A stretch of DNA of 64,000 bases from Alkalispirochaeta sp. (GTDB lineage Bacteria > Spirochaetota > Spirochaetia > DSM-27196 > Alkalispirochaetaceae), in NCBI GenBank assembly GCA_965601925.1, contig OZ271854.1, positions 2,080,001 to 2,144,000 on the forward strand, read 5' to 3'. Below the pieces are notes generated by a model. That model did no database searches, had not been told where the DNA came from, and was given only the letters and a program-made list of their open reading frames with translations. Position 1 is the first letter of the stretch, and each line of letters begins with the position of its first letter. Made by a program: the position numbers and the translations under genes. Below are positions 26,088-34,957 of this stretch, one piece after another.

Positions 26088-27287
26088 ATGAACCGAGCTG
26101 CAGCGCTCGACGCTATTACGATCATCGATTTGACGCAGGCCCTTGCGGGCCCCTATTGTACGCAGCTGTTGGCGGATTTGGGAGCGCAGGTTATCAAGAT
26201 CGAACGACCCGGCTCCGGCGATCAGGCCCGCGGGTGGGGACCGCCGTTCGTCCACGGCGAGAGCAGCTACTTCATGGGTACCAATCGCAACAAGCGCAGC
26301 CTCACGCTCGATCTCCGGGAGGCGGAGGCGCGTGCGTGCCTTCACCGACTCGTTGAGCGTGCCGATATAGTGGTGCACAACGTTCCGCGGGAGGCGACGC
26401 GGAAGAAGCTCGGCATCGATTCGGCGACCATTCGGTCTATAAATCCGCGTATTATTTGGGCCGCCATAAGCGGTTTCGGTCTGACGGGGCCCGAGGCGGA
26501 ACGTCCGGGGTACGACGTGATCGCCCAGGCGATGTCCGGTACCATGGCGCTTACCGGTGAACCTGAGGATCCGCCGATACGCTTTCCGACACCCATGGCC
26601 GATATCACCGCCGGCATGTATACCGCGATGGGTATCCTCACCGCCCTGTACGAGCGTGAGACGAGCGGCGAAGGGCAGGATATCGACGTGGCGCTCTTCG
26701 ACTCGCAGAGCACATGGCTCAGCAATGTCGCGAGCGCATATCTCGCCACCGGCACCCCCCCGACAAAGCGCGGAAACGTACACCCCAACATCGCTCCCTA
26801 CCAACCCTTCCGAGCGGCCGACGGACGGTTCATACTCGCCGCCGGGACCGAATCGCACTGGAAAAAGGTGGTGGAGCTTCTGGGAGCGGAAGATTCGCTC
26901 GGCGCCGATGCCCGATTTGCCGTCAACAGCGAACGGGTGGCCAACCGTGCGGAGTTGCAAGCGGCCCTCGAGGCGTACTTCGTGCGTCGTCCGGTAGCGG
27001 AATGGATCGCGGCGTTCGGTGAGCGCGGCGTCCCGTGCGGACCGATTCTCACACCCGAGGCGGCTCTCGACCATCCCCATCTGGCTGCGCGCGAGATGGT
27101 GGTCGCGCTTGAACATCCGACCGCCGGGACCGTGCGCTCACTGGGAAATCCCATCAAAATGAGTCGCAGTCCGGTGCAGTTGCGATCGGCGGCACCGCTT
27201 TTGGGCGGCGATACCGACGCAATTCTCACCGAACTCGGTTATACCGTAGAGGAAATCGCCGAGCTGCGACGCCGTGGCGTCGTGTAG
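26088..27287 (+). CDS. CaiB/BaiF family III CoA-transferase
   Basis: LAGPYCTQLLADLGAQVIKIERP, NRNKRS, PGYDVIAQA, catalytic Asp in MADITAG; GGAGG RBS. Confidence 0.95.
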   Translation: MNRAAALDAITIIDLTQALAGPYCTQLLADLGAQVIKIERPGSGDQARGWGPPFVHGESSYFMGTNRNKRSLTLDLREAEARACLHRLVERADIVVHNVPREATRKKLGIDSATIRSINPRIIWAAISGFGLTGPEAERPGYDVIAQAMSGTMALTGEPEDPPIRFPTPMADITAGMYTAMGILTALYERETSGEGQDIDVALFDSQSTWLSNVASAYLATGTPPTKRGNVHPNIAPYQPFRAADGRFILAAGTESHWKKVVELLGAEDSLGADARFAVNSERVANRAELQAALEAYFVRRPVAEWIAAFGERGVPCGPILTPEAALDHPHLAAREMVVALEHPTAGTVRSLGNPIKMSRSPVQLRSAAPLLGGDTDAILTELGYTVEEIAELRRRGVV

Positions 27288-27323
27288 GTCCAGATATCGC
27301 GACGCTCCGGCGGCTCTTCGTCT

Positions 27324-29465
27324 CTACTGAGGGGGCGCGGAGAGATTCTCCTCGACAAACCACGCGATCACGTTCCAGTCGTCGCCGCGCGGGAGGAGAA
27401 TCCACGCACCGAGGTAGAACTCGTCGTCAACCTCCTCGCGTTCCAGCGATTGGAGATAGAGGTTGCTCCACGTGTTGTACAGCACGTTGTCGAAGGTGAG
27501 TCCCGTCCGATTGACGATCCGGGCGTTACGGTAGGCGAGATAGAACTGCGCGAGCTCCCAGTTGGTGTAACTCGAACTGACGTACTCAGCCGCAGTTCCG
27601 ATGAGCTCATACACGCGATCGAGATCCCCGGCGTTAAGCTCGTTGAGGCGCGTTCTCAGAGCTTCCAGTATGAGTTGCTGGCGGTACGAACGCTCAAAAT
27701 CGTTTGAGGTGTGACGAGATCGGGCGAGGCGTAACGCCTCCACGCCCCCGAGGCGGTGCGTTCCCGCCTCGTAGAAGAGGGTGCTCCAACGTCCCGCCTC
27801 GCGCACGCGATATGTCGGATCGACCAGCGGCTCGGCCAACGTGACCTCTATGCCTCCCAAGAGGTCCACAACTTCGATAAAGGCGTACATATCGATCGCA
27901 ATCCATCCGTCGATCGTCTGTCCGGTTATCTCCTCGACCTGGAGGGCGAGATGACGCGTCCCGTGCACCTCGTTGTGGTAGCCGAGTTTTCGACCGCCCC
28001 ACCATATATCGCGGGGAATACTGATCATCGACACCTCCCGCTCCGGAGAGAGGTGAACGAACATGATGGAATCGGCCTTGTTTTCGTGGACCCCGACGAG
28101 CAGTATGTTGGTGCCGTCGGATTCGGCCCGACCGCCGCGGAACCCCGGCGGAAACGCATCGGGCAATTCCCGACTCGTCCCGGCGGCGGAATCCTCCGCG
28201 GCTCCTATCCCGCCGAGCAGTGCGGCCGGGTCGTCTCCCACGCGAGTGAGTGTCGTCAGTACGACGCCGTCGCCGTCGGTCACGTAAATCTCGCCAAGTT
28301 CCTTCTGCACGGCAAACGAACCGTAGCGCGTCGCGTCGTCATACACGATGTCGAAGTAAAAAAAGTCGAGGCCGTCGCGCAACTCTTCCACAAGGCGTAG
28401 ATTTCGGGATGCGAGAAACTCCGAGAATCCGCGATCATCGGCGATCTCTCGAATTGAGGCGATCGCCGACTCGACCGATTGTCGATCGGCGGTACGTGCG
28501 TCGACCCGATCGAGTCTGCGAACGACCAACGACGACACCGTTCCGAGGTCGGTCGTCTCGACCGTGTCCACGGTGACGGTAAAGGGCTTGCGTCGCACTT
28601 CGACGGCAAAGACCTCCTCCGCGGTGAGGGCCGCCCGGATCGGGATACGAATACCGTCCCCGTCGGTCGTGACCGCGCCGATGGCGAGCTCCCGCCGCGC
28701 CAATGCGTCGAGCACGGCATCGTTTTCTCGGAGCGTCGCCGGTACTTCGATACGGGCCCGCTCGAAGAGCCGGTTATCGCGCGCTTCGCGGTTGATGCGC
28801 GAGGAGACCTCGGTGAGCACCGCGTCGGGAGTTGCGGGTCGAACGGCGGGATCGGCCTCTATATGGCGCGCGATACCCGACGGAGAGGAGATACTCCACC
28901 GTTCCGGTGTCGCCGTAACGGTCACGATCGGCTCGCTTGACGCCGACGCACCGGCTGATAGGATCCACCAATGGAGTCGTCCCACGTAGCGTAGACGATG
29001 CGCGTCGGTAAGGATCGGCTCCAGACGACCCGGCAGCTCATCGACGATGCGACGCTCAAAATCCTGCAGTGCCGCCTCCTCGGCGATGCGATCTATTGCG
29101 GCGAAGAAGAGAGGAACGTGCTCCTCAGCCTCGACTACGGTCGAGGAAGGGGCCGCGTCGGACGGAGGTGACGTCGTTGCATGCGCCGCCCGTCCGGGAA
29201 GTTCAAAACGGTATCGTCCGGGGCTTAAGTTCAGTAGCTCTCGCACTTCCGCGAGGTGACCGGTCGCCTGGCGCTGATTGGCCTCCAGAAGGGTCGTGCG
29301 TCGGTGTTGTGTCTCCACTTCCGCCGCGACGGTCTCGGTAAACGCATCGACTCTCCGCGTAAGACGTCCGACACGTAACCCGAGCACGATATTGCTGATG
29401 AGAAGCGTTGCAATGACGGTCGCGACGATCACCAAAGAGATGCGCGGTGCTAATCGAAATCTCAC
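27324..29465 (-). CDS. LCP (LytR-CpsA-Psr) family protein with long N-terminal extracytoplasmic extension
   Basis: NILLVG...ADSIM, ISIPRD, VDLLGG, ALRLARSRH..DFERSYRQQ. Confidence 0.85.
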   Translation of the reverse strand: MRFRLAPRISLVIVATVIATLLISNIVLGLRVGRLTRRVDAFTETVAAEVETQHRRTTLLEANQRQATGHLAEVRELLNLSPGRYRFELPGRAAHATTSPPSDAAPSSTVVEAEEHVPLFFAAIDRIAEEAALQDFERRIVDELPGRLEPILTDAHRLRYVGRLHWWILSAGASASSEPIVTVTATPERWSISSPSGIARHIEADPAVRPATPDAVLTEVSSRINREARDNRLFERARIEVPATLRENDAVLDALARRELAIGAVTTDGDGIRIPIRAALTAEEVFAVEVRRKPFTVTVDTVETTDLGTVSSLVVRRLDRVDARTADRQSVESAIASIREIADDRGFSEFLASRNLRLVEELRDGLDFFYFDIVYDDATRYGSFAVQKELGEIYVTDGDGVVLTTLTRVGDDPAALLGGIGAAEDSAAGTSRELPDAFPPGFRGGRAESDGTNILLVGVHENKADSIMFVHLSPEREVSMISIPRDIWWGGRKLGYHNEVHGTRHLALQVEEITGQTIDGWIAIDMYAFIEVVDLLGGIEVTLAEPLVDPTYRVREAGRWSTLFYEAGTHRLGGVEALRLARSRHTSNDFERSYRQQLILEALRTRLNELNAGDLDRVYELIGTAAEYVSSSYTNWELAQFYLAYRNARIVNRTGLTFDNVLYNTWSNLYLQSLEREEVDDEFYLGAWILLPRGDDWNVIAWFVEENLSAPPQ

Positions 29466-29537
29466 GATAGTGAGAGGCAGAATAGCAGATTGACTCGCGG
29501 AGCGCCAGTGTTTAGGTCGGTTTGTCGTCGCCGCGCC

Positions 29538-31169
29538 TTATGCGTGGTCGCCACCGTCCGTTCCGATGACGTCGAGCAGACGCGATATCGACTGTTGCGA
29601 GCTGGTACTCACCTCCACCGCCGACCGTGCCATAGAGGCGACCGCTTCGGCTGTAGAACGTGTTGTGGCGCTGTTACTCGTGAGCGCCGAGAACGAGTCG
29701 TGCATCGCATCCAAAGACGATTGTGACGCTCCCAAGAGTTCCTCGGTGAGGCGCAACTCTTCCCGACTCGCCGCAGCCTGTGATTCCAGCCCCGTCACCG
29801 CGGAGCCCACCTCGTCTACGGTGACGCGAATACGACCCAGGCGCTCTTCGAACGCGAGGATCTTCTCGGCGCTATCGTTAAGGTCTTGTCGGTAGTCCTC
29901 GTACAAGGTCCGGAAGTCCTGAATGGCCGATCGCGCATCGGCCGCCGAGGCTCCCGCGCTTTTGGTTGCCGACAGAATATCGTCCGTCCGACGGCGAACT
30001 TCGGTCGCTAGATTTTGCACCTCCCGCGCGACGACGGTGAATTGGCCGCCCGAACCGCCGGACCGCGCCGCAACGACCAGCGCGTTCATCGCCAGAACGT
30101 GGGTACGATCGGCGATCTCGGAAACGACGCGTGCCGTCTCGGCGAGCGTCTCGGTGCCGTCGAGCGTCTCCTGGAGTCGCGTCGCGGCGTGCGCGACCTC
30201 GCGTTCACGCTCAGGGAGTCGAGCCCTTCGATCCCGAAAGGTGTGGGCCAGAGCGGTCATCTCGGAGGCGATCTCGTCAATACTCCGATTCATCGAGATC
30301 GTCCGCTCGACAATCTCGGTCGCCCGTGCGCGCGTTTTGGTGAGGTGACCGTCGACGCGCCGCACGTTGGTATGGATCTTCTCGACCCGCTCCGACACGC
30401 CGTTAACCGCGGTCTCGGTCTTCTCGATCGTCGAGTCCGTATCGACCAAGTATTCGAGAATCAAATGACTCGAGGAGAGCGTACACTCTCCCACCTGCAC
30501 CACGTCGCTCGACAGGCGTACACCCTCCTCGGCCCCTCGCGCGCCGGTGCGGATAAGATCGTCGCGCTTGGTCGTTTCGCGATGCTGCTTGTCGGCCTCC
30601 AGCACCAGGAACATACTGAACTGCCAAATCGTTGCGGCTACCCATACCAATACCAGGAGCAGAAGATTTCCCACGATGTATGCCGAGAAAAATGTCCCCG
30701 GGAGGGACTCGCCGGCGACGAGTTCGCCCGTCTCCCGCATACGCGGCACCGTTTTCAGCCATACCGTAAGATTGAACAGTACGATGTTCGCGACTCCGGC
30801 GACGGTAATCTGCGATATACGCACCGAGATCAACGATGCGATGATGAGGTATGCGCTCATGTAGGTGAGGTAACGATACATCTCGAGGTAGTTGGCGTAC
30901 GGTATCAACAGAGCGGCCGCCGCGACGTTGAGCCATATTTGAAAGAGCGTGACGTTGCCGGCGGCAAATATGCGGCCCTTGCGGACGAGGACGAGAGAAC
31001 AAAAGAGCAAACTGATCAGAAGAACAACCGGGACGGCAAAGCGTAGCACGCCGGCCGCGATGGACGTCGCGAGCCCTGCAGCAAAAAAGGCGGCAATGAG
31101 CGTGACGTTCACGCGCCGTAGGTATCGAGCCCGCCCCGTAACGGTCAGCGAACGAATCGTATCGTGCAT
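29538..31169 (-). CDS. Methyl-accepting chemotaxis-like protein with multi-TM N-terminus and divergent tip
   Basis: About 6 TM segments, coiled coil, IADRTHVLAMNA..AAR.G..G..F.VVA.EV..LA. Confidence 0.8.
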   Translation of the reverse strand: MHDTIRSLTVTGRARYLRRVNVTLIAAFFAAGLATSIAAGVLRFAVPVVLLISLLFCSLVLVRKGRIFAAGNVTLFQIWLNVAAAALLIPYANYLEMYRYLTYMSAYLIIASLISVRISQITVAGVANIVLFNLTVWLKTVPRMRETGELVAGESLPGTFFSAYIVGNLLLLVLVWVAATIWQFSMFLVLEADKQHRETTKRDDLIRTGARGAEEGVRLSSDVVQVGECTLSSSHLILEYLVDTDSTIEKTETAVNGVSERVEKIHTNVRRVDGHLTKTRARATEIVERTISMNRSIDEIASEMTALAHTFRDRRARLPEREREVAHAATRLQETLDGTETLAETARVVSEIADRTHVLAMNALVVAARSGGSGGQFTVVAREVQNLATEVRRRTDDILSATKSAGASAADARSAIQDFRTLYEDYRQDLNDSAEKILAFEERLGRIRVTVDEVGSAVTGLESQAAASREELRLTEELLGASQSSLDAMHDSFSALTSNSATTRSTAEAVASMARSAVEVSTSSQQSISRLLDVIGTDGGDHA

Positions 31170-31262
31170 AAGCCTACAATGTTATGAAAGTGTGAGTTTT
31201 GTATGAAGCGGAGCGCGCCCTTTTTTGTAATGCCGTCGCTGAAGACTATACTTGAAGTGTTC

Positions 31263-31739
31263 ATGGAATGGATGCTCGCGATCGGCACGGCCGTATCGAA
31301 AGCCGCACTCGGGCGCCTGTATGAGACGATTCGTTCGATTTTTTTGGACGGCGCACTCGAGATCGTGCTTGAGCGCGAGGAGATCGAAGACGAACCCCTC
31401 TCGCGTATTCTCGTGCACGAAATCATAGTCTCCGCTCGCGGTCACGGAAGAGGTTTCCGCCTATGTGTTCGTGCCGAGGGAAGTCTCGACTCGGTACACC
31501 GTCTGGCGCAGCTGTGCTCGATGATAGTCGAGGGCTACGTTGTGAACGTATGGGCTCTCGATCGATCGGTGAGCGTTGTCGCTCTAACGCGTTATACCGC
31601 GGGAGTATTGATCGACTCACGAACCGTTCCCGCCATACTCATGGGCGGGGACGAATCGCCCGACGGCGCCGTGGTTCGCGTCGGGGCGGATGCGGTGCCG
31701 GCGCTCACCGGAGACACGTTGCTCGGCTACATCTCATAG
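31263..31739 (+). CDS. Hypothetical protein
   Basis: ORF filling the gap between MCP and ABC transporter with protein-like composition; start uncertain (31203 or 31263). Confidence 0.5.
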   Translation: MEWMLAIGTAVSKAALGRLYETIRSIFLDGALEIVLEREEIEDEPLSRILVHEIIVSARGHGRGFRLCVRAEGSLDSVHRLAQLCSMIVEGYVVNVWALDRSVSVVALTRYTAGVLIDSRTVPAILMGGDESPDGAVVRVGADAVPALTGDTLLGYIS

Positions 31740-31753
31740 CCGTGCAGGGTGGG

Positions 31754-33637
31754 TCACACCCCCTCTATGTACTCCATGGCTTGGTGTCGAAAGTACGTGT
31801 TGTATAGCTGCGCGTAGTGTCCGTCCGCGTCGAGCAGATCCGCGTGAGTGCCGTCCTCGATGATGGTGCCGCCGTCGAGAACGACGATACGGTCCGCCGA
31901 TTTGACCGTGGAGAGCCGGTGAGCGATCACGATCGCCGTGCGGCCCGACATGACGCTGTCGAGGCCCTCCTGAATTTGCGCCTCGGTGAACGGGTCTACA
32001 CTTGCCGTCGCCTCGTCGAGAATGAAAATCGCCGGATTCTTAAGAAGGACGCGGGCGAGCGCCACCAGTTGCCGCTGTCCGAGGGAGATACTGGAGCCAC
32101 GCTCTCCGACATCGGTATCGAGTCCGGCGGCAAGATCGTCCAGCCAGTCCCCCCGACCGACGTGCGAGGCGGCCCACCGTACCTCATCGGGCGTCGCTTC
32201 GGGTAACCCGTAGCGAATGTTCGCTTCGACGGTGCCGGAAAACAGGAACGGCGATTGCGGTACCAGTCCGATGTGTCGACGATAGTTCGTAAGATCGAGA
32301 GATCGAATGTCCGTTCCGTCGATTCGTATTGCTCCGCGTTGAAACTCGTAGAATCGCGTTATGAGACGAGCGATGCTCGATTTGCCGGCGCCGGTGTGGC
32401 CGACCAACGCGACCGTTTGTCCCGCCTCGATCGTGAGGGAAAAGTCCTCGAGGACCGTCTCCTTTTCCGAGTAGGCGAACTGCACGTGATCGAACTCAAT
32501 TGCGCCGGAGATCGTCGTCCCGGCCTCGGCGGTAGCCGTTCCGGCGGTCGGAGGACCATCTTGGCGCACCGACGGCTCGGCGTCAATGAGCGCAAAGACG
32601 CGCTCGGCGGCGCTGAGTCCGTCCTGAAACTGCGAGAAGAAGCTCGCAATTCCGAGCATCGGCCACCAGAAAAACCCGACCGCCTGGAGGAAGAGGTACC
32701 ACTGCCCGGGGCTCATCCCGCCCAAACTTCGTCCCGCCGCGGCGATGAGCGTCGCAAACCATGCGCCGTCCGGCGACGGGGCGGTGGTGACGCCGAGCCC
32801 GCCGAGATAAGCGACCGCGCCGGTACCGACTCCGGCGGCGATACCGACGAGCGGAAAGATGAGATTGAGTACGAGGCCTCGCTTGAGTCCCACCCGAAAG
32901 GCAAGACGATTGTTGCGGTTAAAATCGTCATACAATCGTCGCTCTTGGCGATACGCTTTGGCCACCGCGATGCCGCCGATCGACTCCTGCATGTGACCGT
33001 TGATGGTCGCCGTCGCCCTCTTTGCGTCGAGGGTGACCCGACGCGCGAGACGGCGAAAACTCAATGCTACGGCGGCGGCGAGGGGAGCCATGACGAGCAA
33101 CACCACCGTCAGCCACCAGTTGACGGTCAACAAATATGCGGTGAGAGCCAGCACGATCAGCACCTGACTCGTAAAATCGATGACCAGCGTCACGGTGTTG
33201 GAAAAGTCCTGCGTGTCCGAGGTGACGCGACTCACGATCTTTCCTACCGGATGCTCGTCGAAGAACGACATATCGTGGTTGACCGCTCGTTCGAAGACGT
33301 CTTGGCGAATGCGCAGTACTACGTCGCCCACCACGCGGTTGGTCAGCATCTGGCGAACGAAGTTGAAGAGCCACGCCAGGGCACCCACACCGAGCACCGC
33401 TGTGCTCATGATAAGCACAAACTGCATCGTCGGTCGTGCCGCCACGATATCGATCGCTCGTGAGATGATAACCGGCGCAATCGCATCGGAGAGTGAGTTG
33501 AGCGTCAGTACCAGTGCGATGACGACCATCAACGAGCGATGGGGACGAAAGTATCGTAGAATCCGGCGGACCAGTTCGCGATCCGAGTAGGTTCGATCAA
33601 AGGACTCCGTATCCAGCCCGTCGAGAATGAATGCCAT
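31754..33637 (-). CDS. ABC exporter, fused permease + ATP-binding subunit
   Basis: 6-TM domain; GHTGAGKS, ISLGQRQ, ILDEATASVD, IAHRLST. Confidence 0.93.
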   Translation of the reverse strand: MAFILDGLDTESFDRTYSDRELVRRILRYFRPHRSLMVVIALVLTLNSLSDAIAPVIISRAIDIVAARPTMQFVLIMSTAVLGVGALAWLFNFVRQMLTNRVVGDVVLRIRQDVFERAVNHDMSFFDEHPVGKIVSRVTSDTQDFSNTVTLVIDFTSQVLIVLALTAYLLTVNWWLTVVLLVMAPLAAAVALSFRRLARRVTLDAKRATATINGHMQESIGGIAVAKAYRQERRLYDDFNRNNRLAFRVGLKRGLVLNLIFPLVGIAAGVGTGAVAYLGGLGVTTAPSPDGAWFATLIAAAGRSLGGMSPGQWYLFLQAVGFFWWPMLGIASFFSQFQDGLSAAERVFALIDAEPSVRQDGPPTAGTATAEAGTTISGAIEFDHVQFAYSEKETVLEDFSLTIEAGQTVALVGHTGAGKSSIARLITRFYEFQRGAIRIDGTDIRSLDLTNYRRHIGLVPQSPFLFSGTVEANIRYGLPEATPDEVRWAASHVGRGDWLDDLAAGLDTDVGERGSSISLGQRQLVALARVLLKNPAIFILDEATASVDPFTEAQIQEGLDSVMSGRTAIVIAHRLSTVKSADRIVVLDGGTIIEDGTHADLLDADGHYAQLYNTYFRHQAMEYIEGV

Positions 33638-33718
33638 AGAGTCTTAGAATACTACCGACGACGGTGGAGCGGCAGCCACCGTGTGCGGTTTGTCTCACAA
33701 TCGAACGGATGCGGTTGC

Positions 33719-34957
33719 TCAGCTTGTCTCGCGGGGAACGGTCATCCCAAATGGTTCGAGGACGCGATCGAGGACGCCGTGCAGATACGATATCGCCACA
33801 CCGTAGTTGGTGATCGGCGCACGTGATGAGGTCGCCTCGCCCATCCGCGCGAGCATTTGGGCTCGTGTGATCATGCATCCGCCGCAATGGAGGATCAGTT
33901 CATATTCATCGATAGCATCGGGGAACGGTCCTGCCGCTACATCGATCGAGAGATCCTTGCCGGTGTACTGTCGTAACCAGCGGGGGATTTTTACCCGTCC
34001 GATATCGTCACAGTGAGTGTGGTGGCTGCAGCTCTCGGTAATAAGCACGCGACTGCCGTGATCCAGGCGGTCGATTTGCGCTACGTTTCGCACAAACGCA
34101 TCGAGGTCGCCCTTGAAGCGCGAAAAGAGAATTGAGAACGTGGTCAGAGGAATTTCCGGCGGCACCGCTCCCGACGCCTTGAGCACGACCTGTGAGTCGG
34201 TAATCGCGAGGTCGGGCGGGCGCTTGAGCTGGTCGAGTACCCAGCTGACCTCGCGCTCTTTAACGACGATCGTCGCCGCGTCCCCGTCGAGCACCTCTCT
34301 GATCGTTTGGACTTGCGGCAAGATGAGTCGACCCGCCGGCGCTTCCAGGTCGATGGGGACGATCAGCATGATCAGGCGATATGGGCGCACCAAGTCCTCC
34401 AGGAGCGTCTTCTGCCGACTGCGTTGCGTCGCCAGTTCTTCGATAAGAGCCTCTCGAAGGTGTCGGATTCCGGTGCCCTCGGTGGACGAGACGGTGTGGA
34501 GACCTCTCCCGGCGGCCGCCTCGATCTCGCCGGTAATCGATACGGTGTGCGAACGAGGGAGCCCGGCGATGTCGGCGTGGGTCTGCACCGGAATCACGAC
34601 GCGGCCCGCCTCGCTGTACTCTCGGATTTTGTGTGCATCGTCCCGATCGGCGGTGTGCGGGTGAAAGACGTAGATGACCACATCGCTGCCGGCGATCGCG
34701 CCCCTAGCCTTCGCGTCCCGAGCCGCGGCCAAGTCCGTCTTGTCGTCGATGCCGGCCGTATCGACGAAGACGACCGGTCCGAAGGGAACCAGCTCGCTCG
34801 CTTTGAGTACCGGATCGGTCGTCGTGCCCGGCGTGTCCGAGACGATCGCGACGTCCTGGTCCACCAACGCGTTGAGGAGGGCCGATTTGCCGGCGTTACA
34901 CTTACCGGCGAGGACGATGTGGGGTCGCAGCCCGCGCGGGGTCGTAGTGCGCTTCAT
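33719..34957 (-). CDS. hydF: [FeFe]-hydrogenase H-cluster maturation GTPase HydF
   Basis: GKCNAGKS, PGTTTDPV, DTAG, APAGRLILPQVQ, CSHH...DDIGRVKIPRWL...HCGGCM, TNYG. Confidence 0.95.
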   Translation of the reverse strand: MKRTTTPRGLRPHIVLAGKCNAGKSALLNALVDQDVAIVSDTPGTTTDPVLKASELVPFGPVVFVDTAGIDDKTDLAAARDAKARGAIAGSDVVIYVFHPHTADRDDAHKIREYSEAGRVVIPVQTHADIAGLPRSHTVSITGEIEAAAGRGLHTVSSTEGTGIRHLREALIEELATQRSRQKTLLEDLVRPYRLIMLIVPIDLEAPAGRLILPQVQTIREVLDGDAATIVVKEREVSWVLDQLKRPPDLAITDSQVVLKASGAVPPEIPLTTFSILFSRFKGDLDAFVRNVAQIDRLDHGSRVLITESCSHHTHCDDIGRVKIPRWLRQYTGKDLSIDVAAGPFPDAIDEYELILHCGGCMITRAQMLARMGEATSSRAPITNYGVAISYLHGVLDRVLEPFGMTVPRETS

